Positions 10,860 to 25,671 of a stretch of 64,000 nucleotides of DNA are shown piece after piece. Made by a program: the position numbers and the translations under genes. Source of the DNA: Octopus sinensis (Eukaryota). Position 1 is the stretch's first letter. The number at the start of each line of letters is the position of its first letter. Location of the stretch: positions 4,216,001 through 4,280,000 of the forward strand of contig NC_043014.1 in assembly GCF_006345805.1 (NCBI RefSeq), in the 5' to 3' direction. The notes beneath the pieces are model-generated. The model was given only the letters and a program-made list of their open reading frames with translations, ran no database searches and was not told the origin of the DNA.

Positions 10860-13800
10860 AGAAATATGTGTGTGTGTGTGTTTGTGTGTGTGTACAAGCA
10901 GACATACCTGACATTGCTGGGGATTAAAATGGCAAAGTTGGTATATAATATATTCCAGTCATTTTGAAACAGGTGATATGGGAAAGTGCAACATTGACAA
11001 CAAAACATTTGTAGAGTAAATGCTGGGCTAATTCGACTAAGCAACATGCTATGCGTCCGTTTGGAGTGTTTCAGGCCCTAACTTGTCATGCAAAATTCGA
11101 GGTGGGGTTTGTGTGATTTTTAACGCACCGTAAAGCTGTCAGTGTGCGCTGTGTCTAACACGACCCATCATCGGAAATTTTGACACCTCACGTCGAGTTT
11201 GTAGTCCTACATCACTCATAGAGAAAATTTGGACGAACTGTGGTTGTTCATTCGCGGGTACAAGGGAACCGATGAGGAGATAGACTTGCCATTGAACTTC
11301 GACGTCGGCGTAAATTCATGTTTATCTATCTTAGATTCACCAAACGATGTCATTTGAAATGCATATTTGTATTGTCTGATATTGTTCAGAAATCCTTCGA
11401 CTGGAGTGAAGCGCCTTCTAGAAGATTCCTAAAGGGTTGAGATGGTAGTGTTGACAATGATTCCTGTCCGTATATGTTGTCATCTATTGCATTGTTTTAA
11501 GTTCTAAACGATAATAAATACCCTGAAGTTCTATTTATATGATCCTATTTCTATTTTTTCACAGAACCGTTTCATCTCCAAGAAATCTCTCGACGATAAA
11601 CCTGATGACACACCAAGTAAGAACTAATTTTATAGCTAAGTCTTTTACCCGTGTCTCCTTAACCAATTTTATAATTTCACCAACTTTGAATTAGTTCCAC
11701 ATTACTATCCACATGTCCACAATAATATACTAAGACACTTGCGAATTTATTTTATTTAAAATATGTTCTACTTTACAATAATTTCCTAAATGAAATGTTA
11801 TTCATTATACTATGGCATTTATTGTGTATATAAGAGTATATCTGCAGTGCTACGTCGAGAATTGTTTCTGCCCACACGGTGCCCCCGAGGGTGCTCTTCT
11901 TCACCGAGTGTCCGAGGCGGCCGGTACGTTCACTGTGAAAAAACTGGAGTGCTCAGAGCGATCCCACCGGCTTGCATAAGAAAAGCATGGTGTGCCCTCT
12001 TCATCTGAGAATCAAATGCCCGAGCTGGCGCTTCACTGCGTTTATATCTACAATTCAGCATTCTGTCCACTCTTGTGCTTCTAATCATTCGTGAATAGAG
12101 ACCCGTAATAATGATGTTCCACTTTCCTACACATTGCATATTTGTCAATCCTACCTTGCGTTACACGGCAGCTAACCCATTCAATGCAGGTTGTTGGTGA
12201 CCATCAGACAAATTAGGTAGCAGCATGTCGTCCACAAATAACAGTCGACCGATCACGTAGAGATGAATTGGGATACCTCTACCACAATGGCTGCGCATAT
12301 TCAACCAGATCACAAAAAAAGAATGTGAGAAGGGGCACTAACAATGCACACTTCAACTAAGTGAAACCTTCACGTTGAAATTTTTCGACAGTTACATAAA
12401 TACAATCATTTGATTATCCATATAATTATTTTTATGGCGACAAATTTTCGCCCAGTAAACTCACCTTCCTGGTAAACCATCCGCAACATGCTCCAGGGCA
12501 CGTGATCGTGTGCCTTTTCATGTTTACAGCGTATTCCTACAGGAAATGCTTCACTGTTTGCTGGAAGATCTGTCTTTGAACGACTATCTGGTCGGATGTA
12601 CTGCGTCCCGGACACGATAATTTCCCTACGTATCTTTTCCTGATATCTAGTGTAGACTTTTCTATAATTAGAACACACTTTTTGGTCTCCGTTTGAAAAA
12701 ATTATGATTGTCTCCCCATATTTCCATTGCCTTGGTGTTTTTTCCAGAGGTCCCATCCACCTAGCATGCATGGGTCACTCAGAAATACCATCTGTATTTA
12801 AGTTTTCTAAACTATCAAGCCGACCCTGCTTTTCACCAGCAGTTTTATCACTTTTAAGTGAATTGAGCTCAAATAAGCGTTCAACGAAAAGAACCTGCCG
12901 AAATATTATACAATCACGAATCCATTTCGATGTCCAAGTTCATTCAGGAGAGTCACTCTAATTTGGATGCAAAAGTCTCCACATTTTTTGTTTCTGATCC
13001 CAGCATCCACTGCGGCTTCCAACTGTATTCTGTAGGTCGCACTAGACTTACCAATTTCCAGTGTTCGGCAGACTGTAGGGATTTTCAGGCTTTCAGACAT
13101 TTAAGTAGTGACGAGTTGACAATTCACCCCTCCTTTTACCCGAACGTTCAGCAAAGAGTGAAAGATGACCGAACTCTATCAGAAACCTCTGTCACCAAGT
13201 ATTTCTATACCAGGCACCCTTATAAATATCCCTGTCTTAAAAATATATCTATACCATAGAGAGGAGAGTGTGTATCCGGCACAGAAGCCTGCTATGACCT
13301 CTCCACTAAGTTCACTGACGACATTCCTTCCAATCTATCCTTTTTCACGGTTATCAGTGCCAAGGTGTGGACTGAAGTCCTTGCAGGACAAATGACTTTA
13401 CCCAACAAAAATATCTAAAGCTGAGGTGAATTTACTTAGGGAGGATTTGTATTTGACCTCGCTGTTTGCTGCATATACTTACAGTACGATAAGGGCTCCA
13501 AGGCTCCAAGGAATAGCCGTACCCCGTCATCCATCGAGAGGGATCAAAGCAGTTGCCTCCGGATCATGAGGGGACGTGCCCATTCGGGAAATATATTGCA
13601 GTCTCCACCAAACTTAATCTGTGATGCATTGGAAGGGAATACAAAATATGCGTGTTCCAGGACCCCGAAGCAGTTCCAGAAGGGATCAACAGTTCATAAT
13701 TAAGAATAAAGATTGTCAAACCCGGACGGTACAAAACGCTGCCTGTTATATATAATCGGTGTCTCCTCAAGAAAGCTTCGTTACTTCGGAGGCGTACACT

Positions 13801-16800
13801 TGGAAGTAGGTTGGAAACTCCACCGTGCAGGTGTGGTGCCAACTATGTCAGCACAGGCGGAAGTGGGATGCAGCTTTGGATATATTTGGGGTAAAGTCAT
13901 TTGTCTTACAAGGAGACTTCCGTGCACACTTTGGCGCTGATAACCGCAAGAAGTATAGATTGTGTGGAATGACGTCACACACCTTAATGGGGTGGCCATA
14001 CTAGTCTTCTGGCAGGAAACGAACTCTCTTCGCGCCCAAACACCAAGCTGATATTTGTAATTGACCAATCAGGTGCCAAGAATTGATAATATAGCCAACA
14101 TATCTATAAAGGAGAACTTTATCATTTTTATGGTCACAAATATATATATGTACTCACATCCAAGTTCAACTACAAAACAAACATCTGTTCTTAAGGAGAC
14201 AAATAAACATTCTGATATTCTGAGATTAATCTCTCAATTCGTTGACATCAACATCAACAACAGGCTCAATAGACAAATGACTAATTTTCTTCGTTAAAAA
14301 TTTATTCTTAGCAATCATTTACTTCTTTCATTTATTCTTTCATTCATTTCATTCATTCACTCATTCTTTCTCTTAAATTCTAAATTTCTCTCCCCTCTAT
14401 CAATTCCTTCTAAGCCAACAACTTCCTTTTGTATAGGATTCAAGAATTCTTTCTTTTATACTTAATTGTTTCATTTTAAATTTCACAGAACCTGGTCCCG
14501 GATCATTGTATACCCGGTGGGGCAGAACAACTTGTCTCCTTATTCAAACCTTGTATATGACGGTTAGTAATAACTATACTTCTGTTCACTCACTCTTTCT
14601 CTCTTTATCTTTCTCTTCTTCTCTTTTATTCCTCTCATTTTCTCTTTCTGCCGCCCCCTCTCTTCCGTTCTCACACGGACACGCAAGCAAATCATGTGAT
14701 ATATCACGTTTTAAAACGATACCTATAGACCCTATATAGACTGCGCAAGACTGCTTACTCCTTTGTATATATTTTGTAAATCAGAATTTTAAATGTTGTC
14801 TACTACGGACCAGGTGAAAAGGATGTTGTCTAACTACAGAATATAGATATCTCTACGTTAATTATAGATAGGGACTAGACTGGAATCCAGTTTAGCGATC
14901 AAGGACTCCTGGCTGACTTGTATGGAGTGTAGATATCAAATACCGAGGCAGCTAATTGGTGATCAAGTGTACTGGCTACGGATGGTGGTATTGTACGTGA
15001 GTGACCAGAGCTGAAAAGTGGCCACTTGACTATCATTAGCTAGAGTGTCTATTGATTGTCGTTATAGACTACATTGACAAGGCCTCTTAGAATTGATGAA
15101 TGAATGTATATGGTTAATGAAATGAACGGAGAATGTACAATGTGGACTGGACAAACCACACACTGTAACTAATGGACAAAGCTAACTAAGGGCTGTATGT
15201 ATTATGCAAAATATTGAGGGACCAAGTACCACTGTGTGAACCCAAGTTAGTACATATTGCACTTCTATTCTTCTCCGCCTTACCGAAATCGTCCTATCCC
15301 TCAAACCTTTCTGTTTTCATGCGCCACCTCCCCTCATTAATGTCCAGTATATCTTTGTAAAGTAACGCGGACACTTCCAATCCAAAGCTTCCCACATCTT
15401 CTCCAACCAACCTCGCATCCTTTGTGAATCTGCTCCCTATAAGCCCTACACATATCCTTATATCGGTTGCCGACATCACTGTCCATTCATCTTAAGCACT
15501 ACGCCATCAATGAGCTTCAAAATTTACCCCACTTCAGTTCATGCTTTGCATGAAATAAAATCTGTGTGATCATAATATTATAGTATGTGGTAGTTCCGTC
15601 TCGTGGAAAGCCTGACTTGTCCGAGACAAACCGATGGATATAGCCAGCCACGCCCGTATGGTCGGCTAAACAGTATTTCATCCCCTCTTACCCACCAGTT
15701 CTCTGCATCTCGCCGTCTCTCGTATTGTTCTACTCAAACCACATGCAATTCCCATCACCAACAATTTTCCCGTTCAAAACGTGAAAGACATCTTTTCCAT
15801 TTCGGGAAATCACGACCACATGCGTTACAAAATCCCTTTCCTTTCTCCGTTTATTGACATCCACACACAAACATCTACTCCAAGCAAAACACATCACAAC
15901 AACAAATACTTACCCGTACACAACACAACCAACACACACACACACACACAAACACAAAGACACGCAAACACACACACACACACACATGAAGAGAAGAAAA
16001 CGCACGACTGCGATCTCATACTCACACAGCTTACACTTACATAAACATACACTAACATAAACACTAACACAACACAATTCGTTCACACGTGACTAAACAT
16101 GACTCCTTTTAAGGGTCAACTGTAATGAATGTTTCCGTTATTTCATATATAATTTGCTTAATATCTTTTTTACTTGATTTATTCTACCAATTCTAGGTGT
16201 GGCTGGTGGACAATGGTACGACGACACAGGTGGCGGAAGTAATCTCTTATGTCTACCTAACGACCCCATTTGGGCCATTATACTACAAAAGTTGAAGAAG
16301 GTGTCACATTTATGGCAGTGAATATCATACAGGATTACGACACCAATACCATCTTTTCTTTTTGCTAACGCTAAATCACTTCATGATCACAACGTTCCGT
16401 GCGCTGTCTGTTTGACACGACAACCTGCTGTTGTTATGACGTTACCCAGCCAGAACACAGTGTTACCCTGGTTGGACAGCTGAGTATTCGGGATATTTGA
16501 TGTCCAGTCTTCACGCAGAAAAAGGCAGACTAGAATATGTGTGTGTGGACTATGCACCAGAAGCTGATCCAGCTGGTTCAGAACGAAAATGGAGCTGTAT
16601 TATATTTCGTTCAGGCTGCTTGTGGTTCATGGCCATGTCCACCGTATGTCCATGGTCAAGAATTAACTGTGTTGTATGCAGTAAATATTGAATATAAATT
16701 AAATTCGGTTCCATATGAAAATATCTCTGTGAATTTCAATATATAACATAAAATTTCAATTTTGTTACCTAATCATTTTCTTTAAAGTATGTCTATCGTT

Positions 16801-19800
16801 ACAATAAAATGTTGTACTAGTTTACAGAAGATATTCAAACAATACAAAAGAGGCGACGTAGAATGCCAGAAATATCCTCAAAAACAAGAAAAAAATCTAA
16901 ATTTTCGTCGGAATGATTCTAGAAAACATTTTGGTAAGATTTTCAGTTATCAAACTTATCGTTGAAATAAAATGTTATTTTGTTTAACAGTATTTTGTCT
17001 TCTGTCTCATGATTCAACAAAACCCCAAATAAAGTACCACCATAGAATTATATCAGCTTTTTCATCTAATACTCGACGCTACTATCTCAGACATCTTTTT
17101 TTGAAATTACAACTCGGAATCTGACAATGACAAAGAACCACCACATTATTTAACTCAGAAACCCACATGATCGCTTCAAAAAACAACAACCATTACTTCT
17201 ACACAAACCAAACCATTTTATTTGCCTTTATTAATCAGGGAAGCTTTCCGTTCCATTCTTACCTCATAACTTATAACCTAAATCTAAATCACAACCTTCC
17301 ACCTCTCCACAAATTATGACAAAATGAAACTCTAAGCTCACAACATACACATCATACACTAAACGCTGATATACAAGAATGAGAAAGGAAATCAACCAGA
17401 AAAATTTCTCATTTCAGCAGCAGAGAACATCAAATACGACGATTTCTTTCACTCATCTACGTAAACATACCAGAAACCGAAGAAAGGATGGGGATCCTAG
17501 AAGCTGAATACATTTCATGCGAAACGAATACAACACCCATAAAAGTGAGAGTAAGAGAGCAAATATAGTCAGGGCAAGCACGGATGCTGTGTGTAAGAGG
17601 CTGAGATGTTGTGACCGTCACGTTATATCCAATAGGATTCATGACAGTATGTTGGAGTGTGTCGAATATTTGTTAGATAAACGAAGGGTTCGGTTAACAA
17701 CATCAAGCTGCAATAAAGATAAAGATTATTAATGTTTACTATCCCACTATTATTAGTCTGATGGGTAAATCTGCATTCGCTTCTCTAGATTACAAATATT
17801 TTCTTGTTGTAAATCGTAAACATTGCAGAGAATACGGACGCTGGTAGATCTTCAAATTCATCTTTTATTCAGCGGCATAATTAGACAGTTAAAACGACCG
17901 CATGTGTTTAAGCTGTACAGAGCATGCGCAGCTAAATAAGCAACCCCCATTACAATAGGAAAAATTATGGGGCTTTGTTGAAATCTGACATGGCTGTAAG
18001 ATTTATTTTGTAGCTTATTTCAAATTAATATTAATTCGAGGGCCAAACAGAGAGTGTTACACACACACACACACACACCGCACACCACACCACACACATA
18101 CACACACACATATATATATATTTAATTAGGTCAAACTATATCTGAGGGGTCTACTATGCTTCATCTAAGAATATTTAATCATAACTGTAGAATTCCGTCG
18201 TACATATGCAGTCATACGGAAGGTGCACTTGCGAATTGAGTTTCAAATGGGAGACACTGTACCTGTATGTTTTGCTATGATTTATAAAACAAGAAGAAAA
18301 ATATTCAAAGCTAGTGACAATGACTAGCTAAAAATATGTATGAATGTCATTCTTCGGTTTTAATAGAATATTTCTGCCAACAGAAAGAGAAGACGGCTTC
18401 TAACTTAGTTCCAGTATCTTCATTGGAATTTCAACAACATGAACGGATTTTTTGTATGTATGTATGTATGCATGTATGCATGTAGTATGTATGTAAATGT
18501 AGTATGTATGTATGTAATGTATGTATGTCATGTATGTATGTATGTATGTATGTTGTATGTTGTATGTATGCATGTATGCATGTATGTATGTATGTGTATG
18601 TATGTATGTATGTATGTATGTATGCATGTATGTATGTATGCATGTATGCTGTATGTATGTATGTATGTATGCTGTATGTATATATGTATGTATGCATGTA
18701 TGCATGTATGTATGCAAGTATTTATGTATGTATGTATGTATGTAAGTAAGTATGTTTTATGTATGCATGTATGTATGTATGTAGGTATGTATGTATCATG
18801 TATGTATGCATGTATGCATGCATGAATTATGCATGTATGTATGTATGCATGTATGAGTATGTATGCATGTATGTAAGTTTGTATGTATGTATGTATGTAT
18901 GCATGTATGTATGTATGTATGTAATGTCAGGTCACTTTCGAGTGCTACTGGTAACATGTAACCCAGTACAACTGTTGCATTGTCGGGTCGTCGGCGACTA
19001 AACCGGCAACGCAACCAAGCTTGCTTGGTGAAGAGGGTGTTTATTGGACATCCTGCCGGATGAAAAACAAAACCCGTCAAAGAGCGGAGGAATTCTTTGA
19101 GAGTCAACGGCCCATCCAATATATGTCTTAAGGCTGTATCATCGCGGGGGACTAGAAATAATCGGACTGAATACCCGATCATGCGGTTAAACCCACAGGG
19201 AGTGAAGGACTCCTAGCCTTTGTTAGGGCAACCTTCTAGGAGAGGGTAACTCAGGTAACTGGGATAACTCCGACATAAACCTGCGGCTCATTGTTTCCAA
19301 TGATGTTGACTTATTCTTCTTTTCGGTTAGGCTGCTGTTGTTAGTGACTGGATTGACTCAGTGCACATCCTTTCCTCCTCGCTTTAAAAATCTTCATGCA
19401 CAGGCTTGCACAATAACAACATTGATTAAGCACGCGAGCAATGGTCATGCTCGATAATGAGGGGGCAGCCACCAAGTATGAATGTATGTATGTATGTATA
19501 TATGGATGTGAGTATGTATGTATATATGTATGTATGTATGTGGTATATAGGTCTATCGATATATAGATGCTTACATTCATATCTACATGCGTGCATACAT
19601 GTGCATAACATACATATAAGTATACATATATGCATGCATGTATGATAGTATGTATGAAAGTATTGTATGTATTTGTGTGTGTATTGTGTATGTTTGTATG
19701 TATGTATGTGTGTATGTATGTACATATGTGTGTATTATGTATGTGTATATGTATGTATGGGGGTATGTATGTATGTATGTATATATGTAAGCATGTGGGT

Positions 19801-21468
19801 ATGTATGTGTTTATGTAAGTATGTGTGTATGTAAGAGTCTTGTATGTATATATGTATGTATGGGGGTATGTGTATGTAGGTATATATGTAAGTATGTGTG
19901 TATGTATGTGTGTATGTATGTATGTATGTTTTGTGTATGTGTGTATGTATGTGTGTATGTATGTATAATGTGTGTGTAATGTATGTATATATGTATGGGG
20001 GTATGATGTATGTATGTATGTATGTATGGGTGTATGTAATTATGTATGTATATATGTATGTTGTATGTGAGTGTATATGACTGCATGATGTATGTATGGG
20101 GGAATGTATTTATATATATATGTAAGTATGTGTGTATGTATGCATGTATGTATGTTTCTATGTATGTAGTTTGTATGTATGTATGTATGTATGTTTGTAT
20201 GTATTTAGTATGTTTGTATTTATGTATGCTGTATGTATGTTATGTGTGGTATATATGGGTGTGTGTATGTATTTATGGGGGGTATATATGTATGTATGTG
20301 GTGTATGTAAGTATGTGTGTATATATGTGTTGTATGCAGTGGTATGTATATATGAATGTAATGGGGTAGTATGTATGTATATACGTATGTACGTACGTGA
20401 GTGTGTATGTTATGCATGTATGTATGTATTGGGGTATGTATGTATATGTAATATGTGTGTGTGTGTATGTATTTATGGGGGTATATATATATGTATGTGT
20501 GTATGTAAGTATGTGTGTATATTGTGTGTATTATCAGTGTATGTATATATGAATGTATGGGGGTATGTATGTATGTTGTATATACGTATGTACGTACGTG
20601 GTGTGTATGTATGCATGTATGTATGTATTGGGGTATTAATGTATGTATGTAAACATGTAAGTATCTGTGTATGTATGTGTGTATGGTTGTATGTATGTGT
20701 GGTCATGTATGTATGTAGTATGTATGTATGTATGTATGTATGTATGTGTGTGTGTGGTATGTATGTATGATGTTTGTAATGTATGTTGTGTGTATGTATG
20801 TATGTATATATGTGTGTGTGTGTATTTATGGGGGTATATATGTATGTATTGTGTATGTAAGTATGTGTGTATATATGTGTGTATGTATGAGTGTATGTAT
20901 GTATATATGAATGTATGGGGGTATGTATGTAGGTATATAAGTATGTACGTACGTGAGTGTGTATGTATGCATGTGTATGTATTGGGGTATGTATTTATGT
21001 ATGTATATATGTAAGTATCGTGTATGTATGTGTGTATGTATGTGTGTATGTATGTAGTATGTGAGCATGTATGTATGTATTATGTTTGTAAGTATACCTG
21101 ACTACGTATGGTATGCATGTATATATATATGTATGGGTGGGTGGGATTGGTAGGTTTTGATTTGATATTCCCATAAAACTTTTCTAATCCGATTAACGCT
21201 TGTTGTGAAGAATCCAATCCGAACAGCGGACTTCAAGATTAAGTCTTGCGATTACTGTGTGGGTTGAACGAAATACTTCCCACTCTGGATATTAAAAACA
21301 GTGTGTGAGTGTATGTATGTGTGTGTGTGAGTGTGTGTGTGTTTGTCAGTGTGTGTGTTGATGAGAGGGGGCTGTCAGTGTGTGTGTGTGTGTGTTAGTG
21401 TGTGTGTGTTCTTTTGTGTATGTTGTGTCGTGGTGTGTGGGTGTGTGTGTATGCCAATGTATGTGTGT

Positions 21469-21568
21469 NNNNNNNNNNNNNNNNNNNNNNNNNNNNNNNN
21501 NNNNNNNNNNNNNNNNNNNNNNNNNNNNNNNNNNNNNNNNNNNNNNNNNNNNNNNNNNNNNNNNNNNN
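21469..21568. other. Assembly gap (100 N)
   Basis: Run of exactly 100 N. Confidence 1.
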
Positions 21569-22360
21569 TAAATAAAATCTAGATCACAAAATTTCCCACC
21601 GCTCTTCAAAATAAGATACAAAATGAAACTCGAGGCCCACAACATAAAATCATATACTAACGCTGATAGACAAGAATAGAAATGAATCAACCAGAAAAAT
21701 TTGCCTCATTCAGCAGAGAGAAACATACAAATATGACGATTTCTTTCACTCATCTACGTAAACATACCAGAACCGAAGAAAGGATGGATCCTAGAAGCTG
21801 AATACATTTCATGTAAAACGAATACAACACACATAAAAGTGAGAGTAAAGAGAGCAAATATAGTCAGGGCAAGCACGGATGCTGTGTGTAAGAAGGCTGA
21901 GATGTTGTGACCGTCACGTTATATCCAATAGGATTCATGACAGTATGTTGGAGTGTGTCGAATATTCGTCAGATAAACGAAGGTTTCGGTTAACAGCATC
22001 AAGCTGCAATAAAGATTAAAGATTATTAATGTTTACTATCCCACCATTATTAGTCTAATGGGTAAATCTGCATTCGCTTCTCTAGATTACAAATATTTTC
22101 CTGGTTGTAAATCGTAAACAATTGCAGAGAATACGGACGCTGGTAGATCTTCAAATTCATCTTTTGATTCAGCGGCATAATTAGACAGTTAAAACGACCG
22201 CCAGGTGTTTAAGCTGTACAGAGCATGCGCAGCTGCATATGCAACCCGCCATTACAATAGGAAAAATTATGGGACTTTGTTGAAATCTGACATGGCTGTA
22301 AGATTTATTTTGTAGCTTATTTCGAATTAACCTTATTTCGAGGGCCAAACCGAGAGTGTT

Positions 22361-22459
<99 letters not shown>

Positions 22460-24805
22460 TACACATTTATATAAATATATATTAAATTACGCCTAACTAT
22501 ATCTGAGGGGTCTAATATGCTTCCTCTAAGAAAATTTTATCATAACTATGGAATTCCGTCGTACATATGCAGTCCATACGGAAGGTGCACTTGCGAATTG
22601 AGTTTCAAATGGGAGACACTGTACCTGTATGTTTTGCTATGATTTATAAAACAAGAAGAAAAATATTCAAAGCTAGTGATAATTACGAGCTAAAAATATG
22701 TATGAATGTCATTATTCGGTTTTTTAATAGAAATATTTCTGGCAACAGAAAAGAGAGAGGCTTCTAACTTAGTTCCAAGTATCTTTCATTGGAATTTCAA
22801 CAACATGAACAGGATATTTTTGTATGTATGTGTGTATGTATGTATGTATGTATGTATGTATGTATGTATGTATGTATGTATGTATTCATGTATGTATGTA
22901 TGTATGTATGTATGTATGTATGTATGTATGTATGCATGTATGTATGTATGCATGCATGTATGTATGTATGTATGTATGTATGTATGTATGTATGTATGTA
23001 TGTATGTATTTATGTCAGGTCACTTTCGAGTGCTACTGGTAACATGTAACCCAGTACAACCTGTTGCATTGTCGGGTCGTCGTTGACTAAACCGGCAACG
23101 AAACCAAGCTTGCTTGGTGAGGAGGGTGTTTACTGGACACCCTGCGGGATGAAAAACAATACCCGTCAAAGGGCGGAGTAATTCTTGAGAGTCAACGGCC
23201 ATCCAATAAATGTCTTAAGGCTGTATCATGCGCGGGGACATAGAAATAATCGGACTGAATACCCGATCGCGCGGTTAAACCATTGGGAGTGAAGGACTCC
23301 TAGCCTTTGTTAGGGCATCCTTCTAGGAGAGGGTAACTCAAGTAACTGGGATAACTCCGACATAAAACCTGCGGCTCAGTGGTTACCGATGATGTTGACT
23401 TGTTCTTCTTTTCGGATTATGGCTGCTGTTGCTTAATGACTGGGATTGACACAGTGCACAGCCTCTCCTCACTATAAAAAAAATCTTCATGCACAGGCAT
23501 TGCAAGATAACAACATTGATTAAGCTTCGTGCAATGCCCATATTCGATAACGAGGGGGCAGCCACCAAGTATGTATGTATGTATGGATGGATGGATGTAA
23601 TATGTATACATGTAGGTATGGATGTAGTAAGTATGTATGTATATATGTATGTATGTGCATATGTGTCTATCGATATATACATGCTTACATTCAAACATAC
23701 ATGCATGTATACATGTATATATACATACATGTATGTATAAATATATGCATACATGTATGTATGTACGTATGAAAGTATGTATGTATGTATGCATATATGT
23801 ATGTATATATGTATGTATGTATGTGTGTGTATGTATGTATGTTTGTATGTATGTATGTGTGCATGTATGTGTGTATGTATGTATATATATGTGTGTGTAT
23901 GTAAGTATATATGTATGTATGGGGGTATGTATGTATGTATATATGTATGTATATACGTGAGTGCGTATGTATGCATGTATGTATGTATGTGTGTATGTAT
24001 GTATGTATGTATATATGTATGTATGTATGCATGTATGTATATATGTATGTGTGTATGTATGTATGTTTCTATGTATGCCTGTATATATGTGTGCATGTAT
24101 GTATGCATATATGTATGTATGAGTGGGTGGGAATTGGAAGGTTTTGATTTTGATATTCCCATAAAACTTTTCTAATCCGATTAACGCTTGTTGTGAAGAA
24201 TCCAATCCGAACAGCGGACTTCATTAGATTAAGTCTTGCGATTACTGTGTGGGTTGAACGAAATACTTCCCACTCTGAATATTAAAACAATTTGTGTGTG
24301 TGTGTGTATGTGTGTGTGTCAGTGTATGTGTGTGTGTGGGAGTGTGTGCGTCAGTGTGTGTGTGTGTTGTGTCAGTGTATGTGTGTGTGTGAGTCATTGT
24401 GTGTGCGCGTGTGTGTCAGCGTGTGTGTGTGTGTGCGTCAGTGTGTGTGTGACAATGTGTATGTTTGTGCGTGAGTATGTGTGTGTAGATCGGTGAATTT
24501 CGTAATGTTTGACTGTAATTCACGTTGGTTTTTATATATGACAATACGTAAGAACGAATGTAAATACATACACACAGACACACGGACAAACACACGCACA
24601 AATAAACACAAACACAGAAACACATACGCACGCACACAGACACACGTGCTCAATTGTACACGAACAATCACACTATACAGTGTATGTCCACTCACATATA
24701 TGTGTGCGTTTGTGTGTGTGTATGCGTATAAGTAGATTCGTATATTTGTGATATTTATGGTGTGTATGCTTAAGTATACGTGCATACGTATATATTGATA
24801 TGTAT

Positions 24806-24867
<62 letters not shown>

Positions 24868-25671
24868 TGTGTGGAGGCGCAGTGGCCCAGTGGTTAGGGC
24901 AGCGGACTCACGGTTTCGATTCCCAGACTGGGCGTTGTGTGTGTTTCAAGCTCCATGATCACTGCTGTACTCTTTCGCTATAACTTTCTCCCTTTCTTCT
25001 GTTGGCCTGCTCGCTTAGCCAACGGGGGTGGCGTCATTTGAAGGCTAAATCAATGCTAAGCGCATCGTGAACAGCGATATGTAGCAACACCGATAGCCTG
25101 GTCTTCGACGGTCATCACAGAGATATACGTATCATCCGCACACAATACACGCACACACCCACATACTTCAAACTAGCAGTACCTACTACTTAACAGGGGG
25201 TAGAGTCAAAAGTAGCCACTCCCAATTCCTTCTTTTTAACACTACTAGCCCTACAACACGCAAAGATTAACAGCCACAACACACACACACACACGTGTCA
25301 TCATTGCACACATACACACAGACACACACACGCACACGCAGACCTCCGCGCACGCTCTTATGCACACTTACACACACATTCCTCCTCCTCTACCACTCTC
25401 CTGTCTTTGAAAGAACCTTTCTTCACCCATTTCCTTCCGGTCATTCAAAATGTGACGCGCGTGTACCGTTGGCGATTTTTTTACTCTGTCTTCCCTCCTC
25501 TGGATCTTTCCTTCTCGTATGTTTCCGACGAAGAACTCCACCCGAAACGTTAAACCCTCCTTCTTTCCTTCTTTCCTGAGCGTCCAATAATACTATATTT
25601 GTTCCACGTCCTCACGTTGTTGTATTTTTGTGCTTTCTTGTTTGGATTAAATTTAACTATATAATATATAT

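Noticed and set aside
11601-11616. CTGATGA within exon 2 as a ribozyme core
   Set aside because: No following stem II or GAAA; it is simply the codons for Pro-Asp-Asp.
14489-14510. Collagen triple helix implied by the family name
   Set aside because: Only KPGPG or KPGLG is present, and no Gly-X-Y exon was found in any intron.
24865-24945. tRNA gene (A and B boxes), also 9520-9599, 38055-38140, 56853-56920
   Set aside because: No complete cloverleaf, variable indels between copies, and it continues into a SINE body.
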